From Planctomycetota bacterium (lineage in GTDB: Bacteria; Planctomycetota; B15-G4): a stretch of 64,000 nucleotides of DNA. The stretch is taken from the NCBI GenBank assembly GCA_029259725.1, contig JAJDER010000045.1:15799-79798 (forward strand), in the 5' to 3' direction. Shown here one piece after another: positions 8,554 to 17,635 of this stretch (positions within the stretch are counted from its first letter, which is position 1; every line of letters starts with the position of its first letter). Below the pieces are notes generated by a model. It saw only the letters and a program-made list of their open reading frames with translations. It was not told the DNA's origin and did no database searches. A program made the translations under genes and the position numbers.

Positions 8554-11289
8554 ATGACGGGCGACGACAGGCACACGGGACGAGGATCACGGCGCGTGGC
8601 CTCGACCGCGCCGGCGCGGCAGCGCGTGCTGCCGTTCGCGCGGCTGTGCGTGCTGCTGTGCGTGCTGCTGCTCGGGCTCGTGACCGCGGCGTGCGCGGAC
8701 CCACCGGCGCCGCCCGTCGTGCTGCGCCTCTGGCGTGACGTCGCACCGGTGGCCGTCAGCGGCCCGCCGGCCACCTCGAGTGAGTGGGAGATCCTGATCG
8801 ACAGCGACCTTCGCCACGGGGCGGCGACGGCGCTGTCCTTCCGTCGCATCGTCGACCGCGAGGGTGAGTGGGTGCCCGTGCCCTTCGAGCTGCCCGCGCA
8901 GGGGCCGCTGGTCCTGCGCCGGTCGAGTGGCTGGAGCCTGGTGACCACGCTGCCGGTGCGCTCGGGCGATGCGCTGGCCGTGGAGATCACCGTGCGCGGC
9001 GAGGGGGCGGGCGTCGGCGAGACGGTCAACGTCGGCGCCGTCGTCGAGCTGGCCGAGCCCTGGGATCACGAGCGCCGGTTGTCGGGCCAGGACGTGCTCG
9101 ACCTCTTCGACGAGAGCCGCCACGCGTCGGTGACCCTCGAGGGACCGGTGAGGGCGACGTCGACGGTGTTCGCGGCCGAGTTCGCGTTGGACAGCCGGAC
9201 GCGCGAGGTGGCGCTGTTCCTCACGGCGCCCTGGGATGGCAAGCCCGAGCGCTTGGTCTTCGAGCGCCTGGTCGTGAAGCGTCAGGCGCTGTCGGGGTGG
9301 GTGGCCGCGGGCGGCACGGTGCCTCGGCTGGACCGCATCGTGGGGCCCGGAGGTGCGGACGCCGATCGCTCGCCGGCGACGGGCGCGGTGCGCGTGCGCT
9401 TCGATCGCGACGAACGCGAGGGCCTGCTGGCCCTCGCGCCGACGTCGTATGCCTATGACCTGCCACCCTGGCCCGAGGTGCGACTGCTGGACGTGGCGCT
9501 CGGCGTGCGCCCCGAGCCGCGCGATCCGGCAGGCCCCGCCGCGCGCATGTACCGCACCGCGACGTTCAAGGTGGAAGCCGGGGGCGAGCTCTTCTTCGAG
9601 GAGTCCTTCACGGCGCCCGACGAGATCACGCAACCGGCCTGGCGCGATCGCCGCATCGTGTTGCCGCCCAGCCCCGACGGGCCCCTGCGACTGGTGTTGT
9701 CCACGGAGGTCTGGGCCGTGGGCGGCGAACCACCCCTGGCCGTCTGGGGGCATCCCACGGTGCGCACGCCGCGTGTGTCGCCGAGGCCCTCCGGGGCGCC
9801 CGCGTCGCCCACGTCGCCCACGCCGCCCACGCCGCCCACGCCGGCCCCGCCGCCCACGCCGGCCGGCTCGCGCGCCCCGCACGTCGTGCTGATCTGCCTC
9901 GACACGCTTCGCCCCGACCGGCTGGGCTGCTACGGCGGGCCGGCGGGCAACAGTCCGCGCCTGGATGCGCTGGCCGCCGAGGGTGTGCGCTTCACCCGCG
10001 CGTACTCGACCACCAGCTACACCCTGCCTTCGCACGCGTCGCTGATGACCGGGCAGTTCCCGGCGTTGCACGGTGCGGTGGACGTGGTCGACAAGCTGTC
10101 GACGCAGCGCTCGGCGTTCCTGGCCGACCAGCTCGCCCGCGCCGGCTACGTCACGGCCGCGTTCACCGGCGGCGGCTACGTGTCGACGGACTACGGTTTC
10201 GGCAACGGGTTCGATCGCTACTCACACAACGACCCGGTCTGGGCCACCGAGACGGTGCGCGGCGCGCAGCTGGTCAACACGGTGAGCTGGCAGCGCAACC
10301 CGGTCCAGCTCGACCTGCTGCGGCGCTACGACGCCGAGGCGGTCACGGACTGGATCGGGAGCCAGCAGCCGGACGTGCCGTTCTTCCTGTTCCTGCACAC
10401 CTACATCGTCCACAACTACGCGCCCGACAACACAAGGCTGGAGGCGCGTGAGCTGCTGACGGACGACTTCGAGCAGCGGCCCTTCGACCACCGCGCGCGG
10501 ACCCGCTTCAACGCGGGCGAGCTGGAGCTGCGCGACGAGGTCTACGACGCGTACATGCCCTTCTACGACGCGACCGTCGCCATGGCCGACGAGTTCGTCG
10601 GTAAGGTCCTCGACGCCCTGGGCCACGCGGGGTTGGCCGACGACACCCTCGTGATCGTGACCTCCGACCACGGCGAGGAGTTCGGCGAGCACGACTTCTT
10701 CGGCCACGGTGAGACGCTCTACGACAGCAACGTGCGCATCCCCATGATCGCGCGGCTGCCGCGCGGCGCGGCGGACGGCGCCCTGGCCGGCACGGTCACG
10801 GACCAGCCGGTGAGCCTGGTGGACGTCGCGCCGTGGATCCTGCGGGTTGCCGGCCTGGAACCGGATCCGCGCATGTCCGTGCGGCCGCCGCTCGGTCCCG
10901 ACCAGGTCAGCCCGCCCGGCCGTGAGCTGACCTTCATCGAGCTGGACACGCACCGCAGCCGCAAGAGCGCGGTGGTGCTCGACGAGCTCAAGCTGCACGT
11001 GCAGCTCGGCGAGAACGGCGAGGACCTGCCCGAGGAGCGGCATCAGCTCTACGACGTCGGCACCGACCCCGCCGAGGAGCACGACGTGTTCGCCGAGCAT
11101 GACGACAGGGCGGCGTTGCTGCGCGAGCGACTCGCCGGCCTGCACCGCCTCGGTGAGGTGCTCAATCCGCGCGGCGACACATCGCTCTCGCTCGAGGACC
11201 TGGAGGGCATGGACCCGGCGCTCCTCGAACAGCTGCGCGCGCTGGGCTACCTGGAGCTGCTGGGCGGCGGGACGGACGACGACGGTTGA
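8554..11289 (+). CDS. Two-domain secreted protein or lipoprotein: an N-terminal ~430-aa domain of unknown function, a Pro/Thr-rich linker, and a C-terminal S1-sulfatase-like domain with a non-canonical Thr/His active-site motif.
   Basis: The start is the ATG at 8554 (MTGDDRH...RLCVLLCVLLLGLVTAAC, a signal or lipobox-like sequence). The sulfatase fold runs from HVVLICLDTLRPDRLG. The signature reads TTSYTLPSHASLMTG at 10012-10056 (TLPSH at 10021-10035) instead of C/S-x-P-S-R. The linker is SPTSPTPPTPPTPAPPPTPA. Confidence 0.7.
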   Translation: MTGDDRHTGRGSRRVASTAPARQRVLPFARLCVLLCVLLLGLVTAACADPPAPPVVLRLWRDVAPVAVSGPPATSSEWEILIDSDLRHGAATALSFRRIVDREGEWVPVPFELPAQGPLVLRRSSGWSLVTTLPVRSGDALAVEITVRGEGAGVGETVNVGAVVELAEPWDHERRLSGQDVLDLFDESRHASVTLEGPVRATSTVFAAEFALDSRTREVALFLTAPWDGKPERLVFERLVVKRQALSGWVAAGGTVPRLDRIVGPGGADADRSPATGAVRVRFDRDEREGLLALAPTSYAYDLPPWPEVRLLDVALGVRPEPRDPAGPAARMYRTATFKVEAGGELFFEESFTAPDEITQPAWRDRRIVLPPSPDGPLRLVLSTEVWAVGGEPPLAVWGHPTVRTPRVSPRPSGAPASPTSPTPPTPPTPAPPPTPAGSRAPHVVLICLDTLRPDRLGCYGGPAGNSPRLDALAAEGVRFTRAYSTTSYTLPSHASLMTGQFPALHGAVDVVDKLSTQRSAFLADQLARAGYVTAAFTGGGYVSTDYGFGNGFDRYSHNDPVWATETVRGAQLVNTVSWQRNPVQLDLLRRYDAEAVTDWIGSQQPDVPFFLFLHTYIVHNYAPDNTRLEARELLTDDFEQRPFDHRARTRFNAGELELRDEVYDAYMPFYDATVAMADEFVGKVLDALGHAGLADDTLVIVTSDHGEEFGEHDFFGHGETLYDSNVRIPMIARLPRGAADGALAGTVTDQPVSLVDVAPWILRVAGLEPDPRMSVRPPLGPDQVSPPGRELTFIELDTHRSRKSAVVLDELKLHVQLGENGEDLPEERHQLYDVGTDPAEEHDVFAEHDDRAALLRERLAGLHRLGEVLNPRGDTSLSLEDLEGMDPALLEQLRALGYLELLGGGTDDDG

Positions 11290-11804
11290 CGAGCCCGCCC
11301 CGAGGACCCGTCTGCGAGGTGCGGATCCTGGAGCCTGAGCACTTCGAGGGGGCCCGGGCCCTGGTGAGGCGGACCTGGCGCGTGTCCTACGCCCACCTGT
11401 TCACGCCCGAGGAGATCGCCGCCTTCTTCGAGGGGCCACGACCTCCGCGCGATCCGGCGCTGGTCTTCTGGTCCGTGGCGCGCTGGGGCGCCTTCCTCGA
11501 CGGAGAGCTCGTGGGCTCGAGTTCGCTGGAGATGCGCGCGGACGGGAATGCCGAGTTGCGCACCCTCTACGTCGATCCCGATGTCCACGGACGCGGCATC
11601 GGTCGGGCGCTGTGGGACACGGCCGTGGATCGGGCGCGCGTCGAGGGTGCCGACGGATTCGTGGTGCGTGTCCTGGAGCGGGCCGAAGCGCTCGGCTTCT
11701 ATCGGCACCTCGGCGCCGAGGAGATCACACGTGGCACGCTCCGGGTCGGGGCTCGCGTCGCGCCGACGATCACCCTGCGGCTCGGACTGCGCCCAGGCGT
11801 CTGA
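11286..11804 (+). CDS. GNAT family N-acetyltransferase.
   Basis: It overlaps the upstream stop by ATGA. The acetyl-CoA binding motif reads VDPDVHGRGIGRALWD, in a typical GNAT fold. Confidence 0.75.
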   Translation: MTSPPRGPVCEVRILEPEHFEGARALVRRTWRVSYAHLFTPEEIAAFFEGPRPPRDPALVFWSVARWGAFLDGELVGSSSLEMRADGNAELRTLYVDPDVHGRGIGRALWDTAVDRARVEGADGFVVRVLERAEALGFYRHLGAEEITRGTLRVGARVAPTITLRLGLRPGV

Positions 11805-14492
11805 TCAGTTCCCCGGCAGCAGCAGCGGCTTGAGCGTCGCGAAGAAGTGCTGGATCTCCAGCCGGCTGTCGACTTCCTCGAGGTGTCCGCGTGCGTCGAG
11901 GGCCTGCAGGAACTCGTAGGCCTTGACCAGGTAGGCGATGTCACCCGTATGGCGATAGCCCTCGGCCATGCCGAGCAGGATCGTCTGGAAGTCGGACTGC
12001 GTCTCGCTCACGGTCTGCTGCAGGCTGACCGCGTAGCTGTAGATCAGGTGCCGGTCCTCGACGACCGGGTTGTAGGGGTACAGCTCACCCTCGACGTAGG
12101 TCGCGAGGTCCACGCCGCGCAGGCGCGCGAGCAGGCCGTCGGGGTCGGTGGGGGCGTCGTCCAGCAGGTAGCGGGACGTGTGGTAGTAGGCCAGCGGGCC
12201 GAGGGTGGCGGTGATGAAGCCGCGCGTGATGTAGTTCTCGCCCGGCGGCTTCTCGCTGTTGCCCTGCGTGCTGTTGACGTAGTATCCGCGGCTTCCGGCG
12301 CCCGGCGGGGCTTCCCAGCCGAAGCCGTCCACGAGCGTGTTCACGTCGAGGGTCGGCGTGGCGATGTACTGCAGGTGCTCGCGCAGCTTCGCCACCAGGG
12401 GGTCGGTCAGCGCCGGCGTGTGATCCAGCGCGTCGGCCACGAAGACCATGGCCCGCAGCGTCTGGTAGGCGGAACGCTCGTGCTCGTTGGGGTCCAGGTC
12501 GAGCAGGATCTCGACCTCGTCCAGCAGCGCCTCCAGGTAGCGGTCGTCGCCGGTGAGCAGGAAGGCCCACCAGATGCCCTCGCGGTAGCGGTGCTCCTTG
12601 TCGCCCTGGAACGCCGTCGAGTGGGGCAGCTCCGGGTTGATCGCGCCGGGGTCGTCGACGTGAGCGAAGTCGTCGCTGCGCTCGATCTGCCACTCCGACT
12701 TGTACAGCGCCTCGTCGAGGCCGCGCTGGATCCCGCCGCCGGTGCCGGCGCGCAGGAACTCGTCCATGAGCCGGCGTTCGCTGCTGGCGTGGTTGTTCTC
12801 ACCGCCGCCCTGACCCGCCGGCAGGTGTCGGATGACGCGCGCCGAGAGGTTCTTGATGTTGACGTTGTGGTTGAAGCCCAGCGCCGCGTAGAGCGCGTTG
12901 TGTTCGGCCAGGGTCACGAGGTCGTAGGGAATGCAGCCGCTCTCGTCGTAGGCCTTGTAGTCCACGGCGCGGGCGAGGGCGGGCAGGTCGAGTCGACGCG
13001 CGACCTCCTCGGGCGCCTGCGGCCCGCCGGAGTGGAAGGCGAACACCGCCGTGCGGCTCTCGTGCTGCCGCCACGCGAAGGTGTACCCGGCCGGGTTGCG
13101 CCGCGTGAAGAGTCCTGCGACGAGCCAGCCGTCGCCGGTGGTCTCGAGCGCGCCGGGCCAGGTGAAGGCCGCGTGTTGCAGGGCGCACGTCACGCCGCCG
13201 TTGTCGCCCCACAGGGCGACCCAGCCTTCCTGCGGAGTCTCGTCCTTGGTCGTCTGCAGCAGGACCTGCTCGTCGTATCCGAAGGTCCAGCCCTCCTGGG
13301 CGAGGGTGGTCGCGTCGAGCTTGGGGATGTGCGGCTTGTAGGCGCTGCCGTTGCCCTCGACGCCACCGGTGTTCGCGTTGCTGTAGGCCTGGTACGCGTA
13401 GGCCGAGTGAGCCGGTGCGAGTTCGACCGTGCCCGGGCCGAGCGGGGTGTCGAACCGCGCCTTGGTGTCGGCGCCCGTGTTCAGCTTGAGCACCAGCTCG
13501 ATCCAGCGGAGTGGGGTGTGCTGGGGCCGCTCGATGGAGGCGTTGCGCACCGTGAAGATCGTCTTGACCTCGCGCGAACCGGCCGCGAACTCGAGCCGGC
13601 AGGTGAAGTCGATGACCTTGGTGCCGGCCGCGTTGACGAGGGTGCCATCGGCGCGGATCTGGGCCGACGCGGGACCGTTGTGCAGCACGCTCACGAGGGT
13701 GTCGTCGGCGGGGAAGAGCAGGTTGCCGTCGATGTCGCTGGCGAGGATGCCGGGACTGGTCCCGGGGCTGACGAGCTCGACGCCGTCCACGAGGACGCGC
13801 TCGAAGACGCGGTAGCTGGTCGTGGAGACCTCGACCTGCAGCGGGCCGGTGTCCACAGCCAGCCGTCCGCCGAGGTCGGTGACCAGGTCGGTGCCCGCCG
13901 ACTGGCCCGGACCGAGGGTCACGTCGACGTTGCTGTCGACGCCCTCGCCCACGTGCAGCACGGCCGAACCGAGCGCCCACTTGGCGGTACCCTCGGGCCA
14001 CACGTCGAGCAGCCGGAACTGCCAGGCCTCGCTGCCCTTGATGCGCAGGGCGGGGCGCCCGTCGATGATCGGCACGGCCAGGCTGCGCGCGAGGGGCACG
14101 GCGAAGAGGGTGAGACGATCCGCCGGCTGATAGGTGTGGGCGTCCTTGGGGCTGACGGCGCTCACCACGAAGGGCACCGAGTAGGCGCCCACCTCCTCGG
14201 TCGTTCCCCCCGGGCCACCCGGATCGCCGGGATCCTCCCCACCGGGACCGGTGGGATCCTCGCCGCCGGGCGGGGGCTCGGACGGCGGGTCCTCACCACT
14301 GCCGGGGTCGCTTCCCCCGGGAGCTCCGGGCGGCTCTCCGCCGGGGGCCCCGCCACCACCGCCGCAGGACGACAGTCCGACGATCAGGAGCAGGGCCAGG
14401 AGGAAGACGGAGAAGCTGGACGAGGAGCGGGACGAGATCGGGGAGACCACGCCGCGCCGGCCCGATCGGGACGGGATGCGGAGAGCACTCAT
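11805..14492 (-). CDS. Large lipoprotein (895 aa), paralogue A; function unknown, possibly a polysaccharide-lyase-like alpha/alpha toroid protein.
   Basis: The N-terminus is MSALRIPSRSGRRG...FLLALLLIVGLSSCGGGGG, with lipobox LSSC followed by a Gly/Pro-rich linker. The C-terminal ~350 aa are clearly homologous to the protein at 14861-17380 (GENYITRGFITATLGP..., LLGMAEGYRHTGD.AYLVKA, ARGHLEE.D.RL..QHFF). Confidence 0.6.
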   Translation of the reverse strand: MSALRIPSRSGRRGVVSPISSRSSSSFSVFLLALLLIVGLSSCGGGGGAPGGEPPGAPGGSDPGSGEDPPSEPPPGGEDPTGPGGEDPGDPGGPGGTTEEVGAYSVPFVVSAVSPKDAHTYQPADRLTLFAVPLARSLAVPIIDGRPALRIKGSEAWQFRLLDVWPEGTAKWALGSAVLHVGEGVDSNVDVTLGPGQSAGTDLVTDLGGRLAVDTGPLQVEVSTTSYRVFERVLVDGVELVSPGTSPGILASDIDGNLLFPADDTLVSVLHNGPASAQIRADGTLVNAAGTKVIDFTCRLEFAAGSREVKTIFTVRNASIERPQHTPLRWIELVLKLNTGADTKARFDTPLGPGTVELAPAHSAYAYQAYSNANTGGVEGNGSAYKPHIPKLDATTLAQEGWTFGYDEQVLLQTTKDETPQEGWVALWGDNGGVTCALQHAAFTWPGALETTGDGWLVAGLFTRRNPAGYTFAWRQHESRTAVFAFHSGGPQAPEEVARRLDLPALARAVDYKAYDESGCIPYDLVTLAEHNALYAALGFNHNVNIKNLSARVIRHLPAGQGGGENNHASSERRLMDEFLRAGTGGGIQRGLDEALYKSEWQIERSDDFAHVDDPGAINPELPHSTAFQGDKEHRYREGIWWAFLLTGDDRYLEALLDEVEILLDLDPNEHERSAYQTLRAMVFVADALDHTPALTDPLVAKLREHLQYIATPTLDVNTLVDGFGWEAPPGAGSRGYYVNSTQGNSEKPPGENYITRGFITATLGPLAYYHTSRYLLDDAPTDPDGLLARLRGVDLATYVEGELYPYNPVVEDRHLIYSYAVSLQQTVSETQSDFQTILLGMAEGYRHTGDIAYLVKAYEFLQALDARGHLEEVDSRLEIQHFFATLKPLLLPGN

Positions 14493-14619
14493 GTGGGGCG
14501 GGGGTCGCGGTGCGACGGAGGTGCAGTGGCAGAGGTGGCAACCGGGAGACTGCGATCGCGCGAGTCGTGCTGAACGTCGTGGTGGTCGTGCGTCGCCGTG
14601 GTGCTCCGTTGCCCTGCGG

Positions 14620-14690
14620 AGCAGCTGACGAGGTGTGCTGCTGAACTGCTGCTGAAGTGCTGCGGGACCTGCTGGGGGACCTGCTGCGTC
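14620..14690. repeat. Short CTGCTG-containing degenerate repeats upstream of lipoprotein paralogue A, in the region between the two paralogues.
   Basis: gtgtgctgctgaactgctgctgaagtgctgcgggacctgctgggggacctgctgcg is non-coding (between the stop at 14861 and the start at 14492 on the minus strand). Confidence 0.3.
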
Positions 14691-14860
14691 CGTGTCCTGA
14701 CCGATCAGGAGGCGGGCTCCGTCACGATCGACGCTGCGGGATGATCACGAGCACGACGGCGCGTGTCAAAGGGTCCCCCTCGGGTAGGGAGCCAGAAGTC
14801 CGTTCCGGGACGCGGATCGTGGATGGAAGGCCGGGGAAGGCTCGGCGAGCGGTCTGCGCC

Positions 14861-17380
14861 TCAGTCCACGCCGTCGAGACTCTCGAGGTAGGCGTGGAAG
14901 AAGTGCTGATGGTCGAGTCGCGTGTCCATCTCGTCGAGGTGGCCGCGAGCCTCGAAGGACTCGATCATCTCGACCGCCTTGACCAGGTAGCCGGGGTCGC
15001 AGGTGAGGCGCCAGCCCTCGGCCATCGCCAGCAACAGCGTGTGGTGGTCCGACGACGTGAAGCTGTGCACGGTCTGCAACTGCACGCCGTAGCTGTAGGC
15101 GAGGTGCCGGTCGGCGGGATCGTCGAACCACGGGTGCAGTTCACCGCGCGCGTACGTGGCCAGGTCCAGCAGCCGGTCCGCGGCGAGCAGCCCGTCAGGG
15201 TCCTCCGGTCCGAGGAAGTCGCTCACCAGATGGAAGGCGATGGGGCCGAGCGTGGCCGAGATGAAGCCGCGCGTGACGTAGTTCTCGCCGGGCGGCTTCT
15301 CGCTCTGGCCCTGGGAACTGTTCACGTAGTAGCCGCGCTCGCCCAGGCCCGGCAGGGTTTCCCAGCCGTAGCCGTCCGCGCCGGTCTCCACGTCGAGCAA
15401 GGGAGTCGAGAGGCCGGCCAGCCAGCTGCGCATGGCGTCCACGAGGGGGGCCTGCAACTCCGGCTGATCGTCGGTGAAGCGGGCCAGGTGCACGAGCGCG
15501 CGCAGGGTCTGGTAGGCCGAGCGCTCCTGCGGCGTGAAGGCCAGCGTGGGCAGGATCTCGGCCTCGTCGAGGAGCGCCTCGCGGTAGCGCGGGTCGCCGG
15601 TGAGGTAGTAGGCCCAGAGGATGCCGGCGCGGTAGCGGTGCTCCTTGTCGCCTTCGTGATTCGTCGTGTGAGGGACCTCGTCATCGATCGCGCCCGGGTC
15701 CTCACCGTGGTGGAACCCATCGCTGCGCAGGATCTGCCACTCGCTCTTGTAGAGCGCCAGTTCCAGGCCGCGCTGCAGGGCGCCGCCGCTGCCGAAGCGT
15801 TGCCAGTGGTCGAGCAGGTGCTTCTCGATGATCGCTTCGTTGTTGGATCCGCCGGTCTGATGCGCCGGGAGGAAGCGCGTGATCCGGCGCGTCTTGTCGC
15901 TGGGCAGGGGCGCGTGATCGAGACCCAGCGCGGCGTAGACGGCCTCCTGCTCGCCGGGCGTGACCAGGTCGTAGGGGATCGTGCCGCTCGCACGCAGCCA
16001 GTTCGGGTCCGCGAGTCGTCCGAAGACCGGCGCATCGAGTCGACGCGCGCACTGCTCGGGATCGGCGGGGTCCCCGGCATGGAAGGCGAAGAGCGCCGTC
16101 CGGCTCTCGTGCTGTCTCCAGGTGAAGGTGTAGTCGACGGCGTTGCGCGCCGTGAACACGCCGGCCATGGCCGTTCCGTCGGCGATCGCCTCCAGACCCG
16201 CCGGCCACAGGAACGGCATCTCTCGGATGGCGACGGTCACGCCGCCCTCGGGCGCCGACAGGTCCATCCACCCGTGCTCGGGCCACTCCTCGCGCGACGT
16301 CTGCAGCGTGACCTCGCCGTCGACGACGAGGCGGAAGCCCTCCTCGGCCAGCGTGTTCGCGTCGAGTTTGGGGATGTGCGGAAGGTAGCCGGGGCCGGGC
16401 CCCTCGACACCGTCCGTGTTCGAGTCGCTGTAGGCCTGGTAGGCGTGGGCCGCGGTGCCCGCCGGGAGGGGGATCTCCTGGACGCCGTCCGGCACGGCGA
16501 ACAGCGCGGTGAGTCCGCCCTCGGGGACGATGCGCAGCCCCAGCTCCACCGAGCCGACGAGCGTGTGCTGGGGCCGCTCGAGGTTGGCGTTGCGCACGGT
16601 GGTCACGACGACGACGTCGCGGGAGCCCGCCTCGAACGCGAGACGCAGCGTGACGTCGATCACGCCCTCGCCGGAGGCGTCCCCGAGCGTGCCGTCCCAG
16701 CGCAGCGCGGAACGCGCGGGCCCGTTCTCCTCCAGGAGCACGACCGCGCCCGGCAGCGGCACGAGCGGATCGCCGGTCGCGGCGGCCGTGGCGATGAGGC
16801 CGGGGCTGGACCCGGGGCGCACGATCTCGGTGCCGTCCACCACGACGTGCTCGAACAGGCCGAGGCCGTCGTAGCGCACGGTGGCCTGCAGCGGCCCGGT
16901 GTCCACGAGCCAGCCGTCGGGCTTGGCGCGCACCAGTTCGTCCTGCCCGGAGTCGCCTGCACCGGTCTCGACGGTGAGGGTCGGCTTCACACCCTGCCCC
17001 ACGACCACCCGCGCGCGGCCCAGCGCCCACTTCACCGAGCCGTCGGGCCAGGTGTCGAGGGCCTCGAACTGCCAGGTGTCGCTGCCGACCACGGACAGTT
17101 GCGGACGGCCGCCCACGATCGGGATCGCGAGCCCCTGGGGAAGCGGGAGCCCGAAGGTGGCGATGCGGTCGGTGGCGAGGTAGGGAGCAGCGTCGGTGGG
17201 CTGGTAGGGCTCGACGAGGATGTCGGTGGGGAGTTGCACCGAGCCGAGCACGCCATCGTCGGTGGAGATCGTGGCGGTGTCGCCACCCTCGCCCGCAGCG
17301 TCGCCGCCGGCGTTGTCCCCGCCGGGTCCACCGCCGCACGCGCTGCAGAGGACCCCGAGCGCGACGGAGACGAGGCGCAC
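14861..17380 (-). CDS. Large lipoprotein, paralogue B of 11805-14492 (about 840 aa).
   Basis: There is no in-frame ATG near the signal peptide. The start was chosen as the GTG at 17380, giving (M)RLVSVALGVLCSACGGG, with a GGCGAGG Shine-Dalgarno-like sequence just upstream. The conserved C-terminal block reads GENYVTRGFISATLGP..., LLAMAEGWRLTCDPGYLVKA, ARGHLDEMDTRLDHQHFF. The upstream 330 codons in the ORF track are probably not translated. Confidence 0.55.
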   Translation of the reverse strand: MRLVSVALGVLCSACGGGPGGDNAGGDAAGEGGDTATISTDDGVLGSVQLPTDILVEPYQPTDAAPYLATDRIATFGLPLPQGLAIPIVGGRPQLSVVGSDTWQFEALDTWPDGSVKWALGRARVVVGQGVKPTLTVETGAGDSGQDELVRAKPDGWLVDTGPLQATVRYDGLGLFEHVVVDGTEIVRPGSSPGLIATAAATGDPLVPLPGAVVLLEENGPARSALRWDGTLGDASGEGVIDVTLRLAFEAGSRDVVVVTTVRNANLERPQHTLVGSVELGLRIVPEGGLTALFAVPDGVQEIPLPAGTAAHAYQAYSDSNTDGVEGPGPGYLPHIPKLDANTLAEEGFRLVVDGEVTLQTSREEWPEHGWMDLSAPEGGVTVAIREMPFLWPAGLEAIADGTAMAGVFTARNAVDYTFTWRQHESRTALFAFHAGDPADPEQCARRLDAPVFGRLADPNWLRASGTIPYDLVTPGEQEAVYAALGLDHAPLPSDKTRRITRFLPAHQTGGSNNEAIIEKHLLDHWQRFGSGGALQRGLELALYKSEWQILRSDGFHHGEDPGAIDDEVPHTTNHEGDKEHRYRAGILWAYYLTGDPRYREALLDEAEILPTLAFTPQERSAYQTLRALVHLARFTDDQPELQAPLVDAMRSWLAGLSTPLLDVETGADGYGWETLPGLGERGYYVNSSQGQSEKPPGENYVTRGFISATLGPIAFHLVSDFLGPEDPDGLLAADRLLDLATYARGELHPWFDDPADRHLAYSYGVQLQTVHSFTSSDHHTLLLAMAEGWRLTCDPGYLVKAVEMIESFEARGHLDEMDTRLDHQHFFHAYLESLDGVD

Positions 17381-17635
17381 GCCTCGCCACGTGGACCGGC
17401 GTCGACGACAGCGACGTCGTGGGGCCGTCACGTCGGCAGACGACGCGACGGCTCGTTCGGGGTGACAGCGCCCGGATGCGTGCACGAGATGAGCCCAACC
17501 GCCCAGGTGGCAGAGTCCAGGGAGTGGTCCTACCCTGCCGACCCGCGAGCCCGTCTTCCACCCCTTCCCGACGGGGTTCGGCGAGTGCCATGATTCGCCG
17601 TCCGTCGCTGCCGTTCCTCCGTCCCCGGAGTCGTC

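Noticed and set aside
5592-9029. A 1145-aa ORF antisense to the YfhO-like gene. Similar giant antisense or alternate-frame ORFs occur at 14657-17593 (+), 23770-28383 (-), 20060-22648 (+), 32749-36147 (+), 36906-39917 (-), 39715-41046 (-), 41257-42828 (-), 43197-44828 (-), 18204-20051 (+) and 123-920 (+).
   Set aside because: At about 70% GC, stop codons are rare in every frame. These ORFs translate to Arg/Gly/Pro/Ala-rich low-complexity sequence with no recognisable motifs. The opposite-strand or other-frame genes carry clear catalytic motifs and domain architecture.
17381-17635. A possible cobalamin riboswitch upstream of the BtuF-like gene.
   Set aside because: I could not find a B12-box-like conserved core by eye. 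It needs a covariance model scan and is not claimed.
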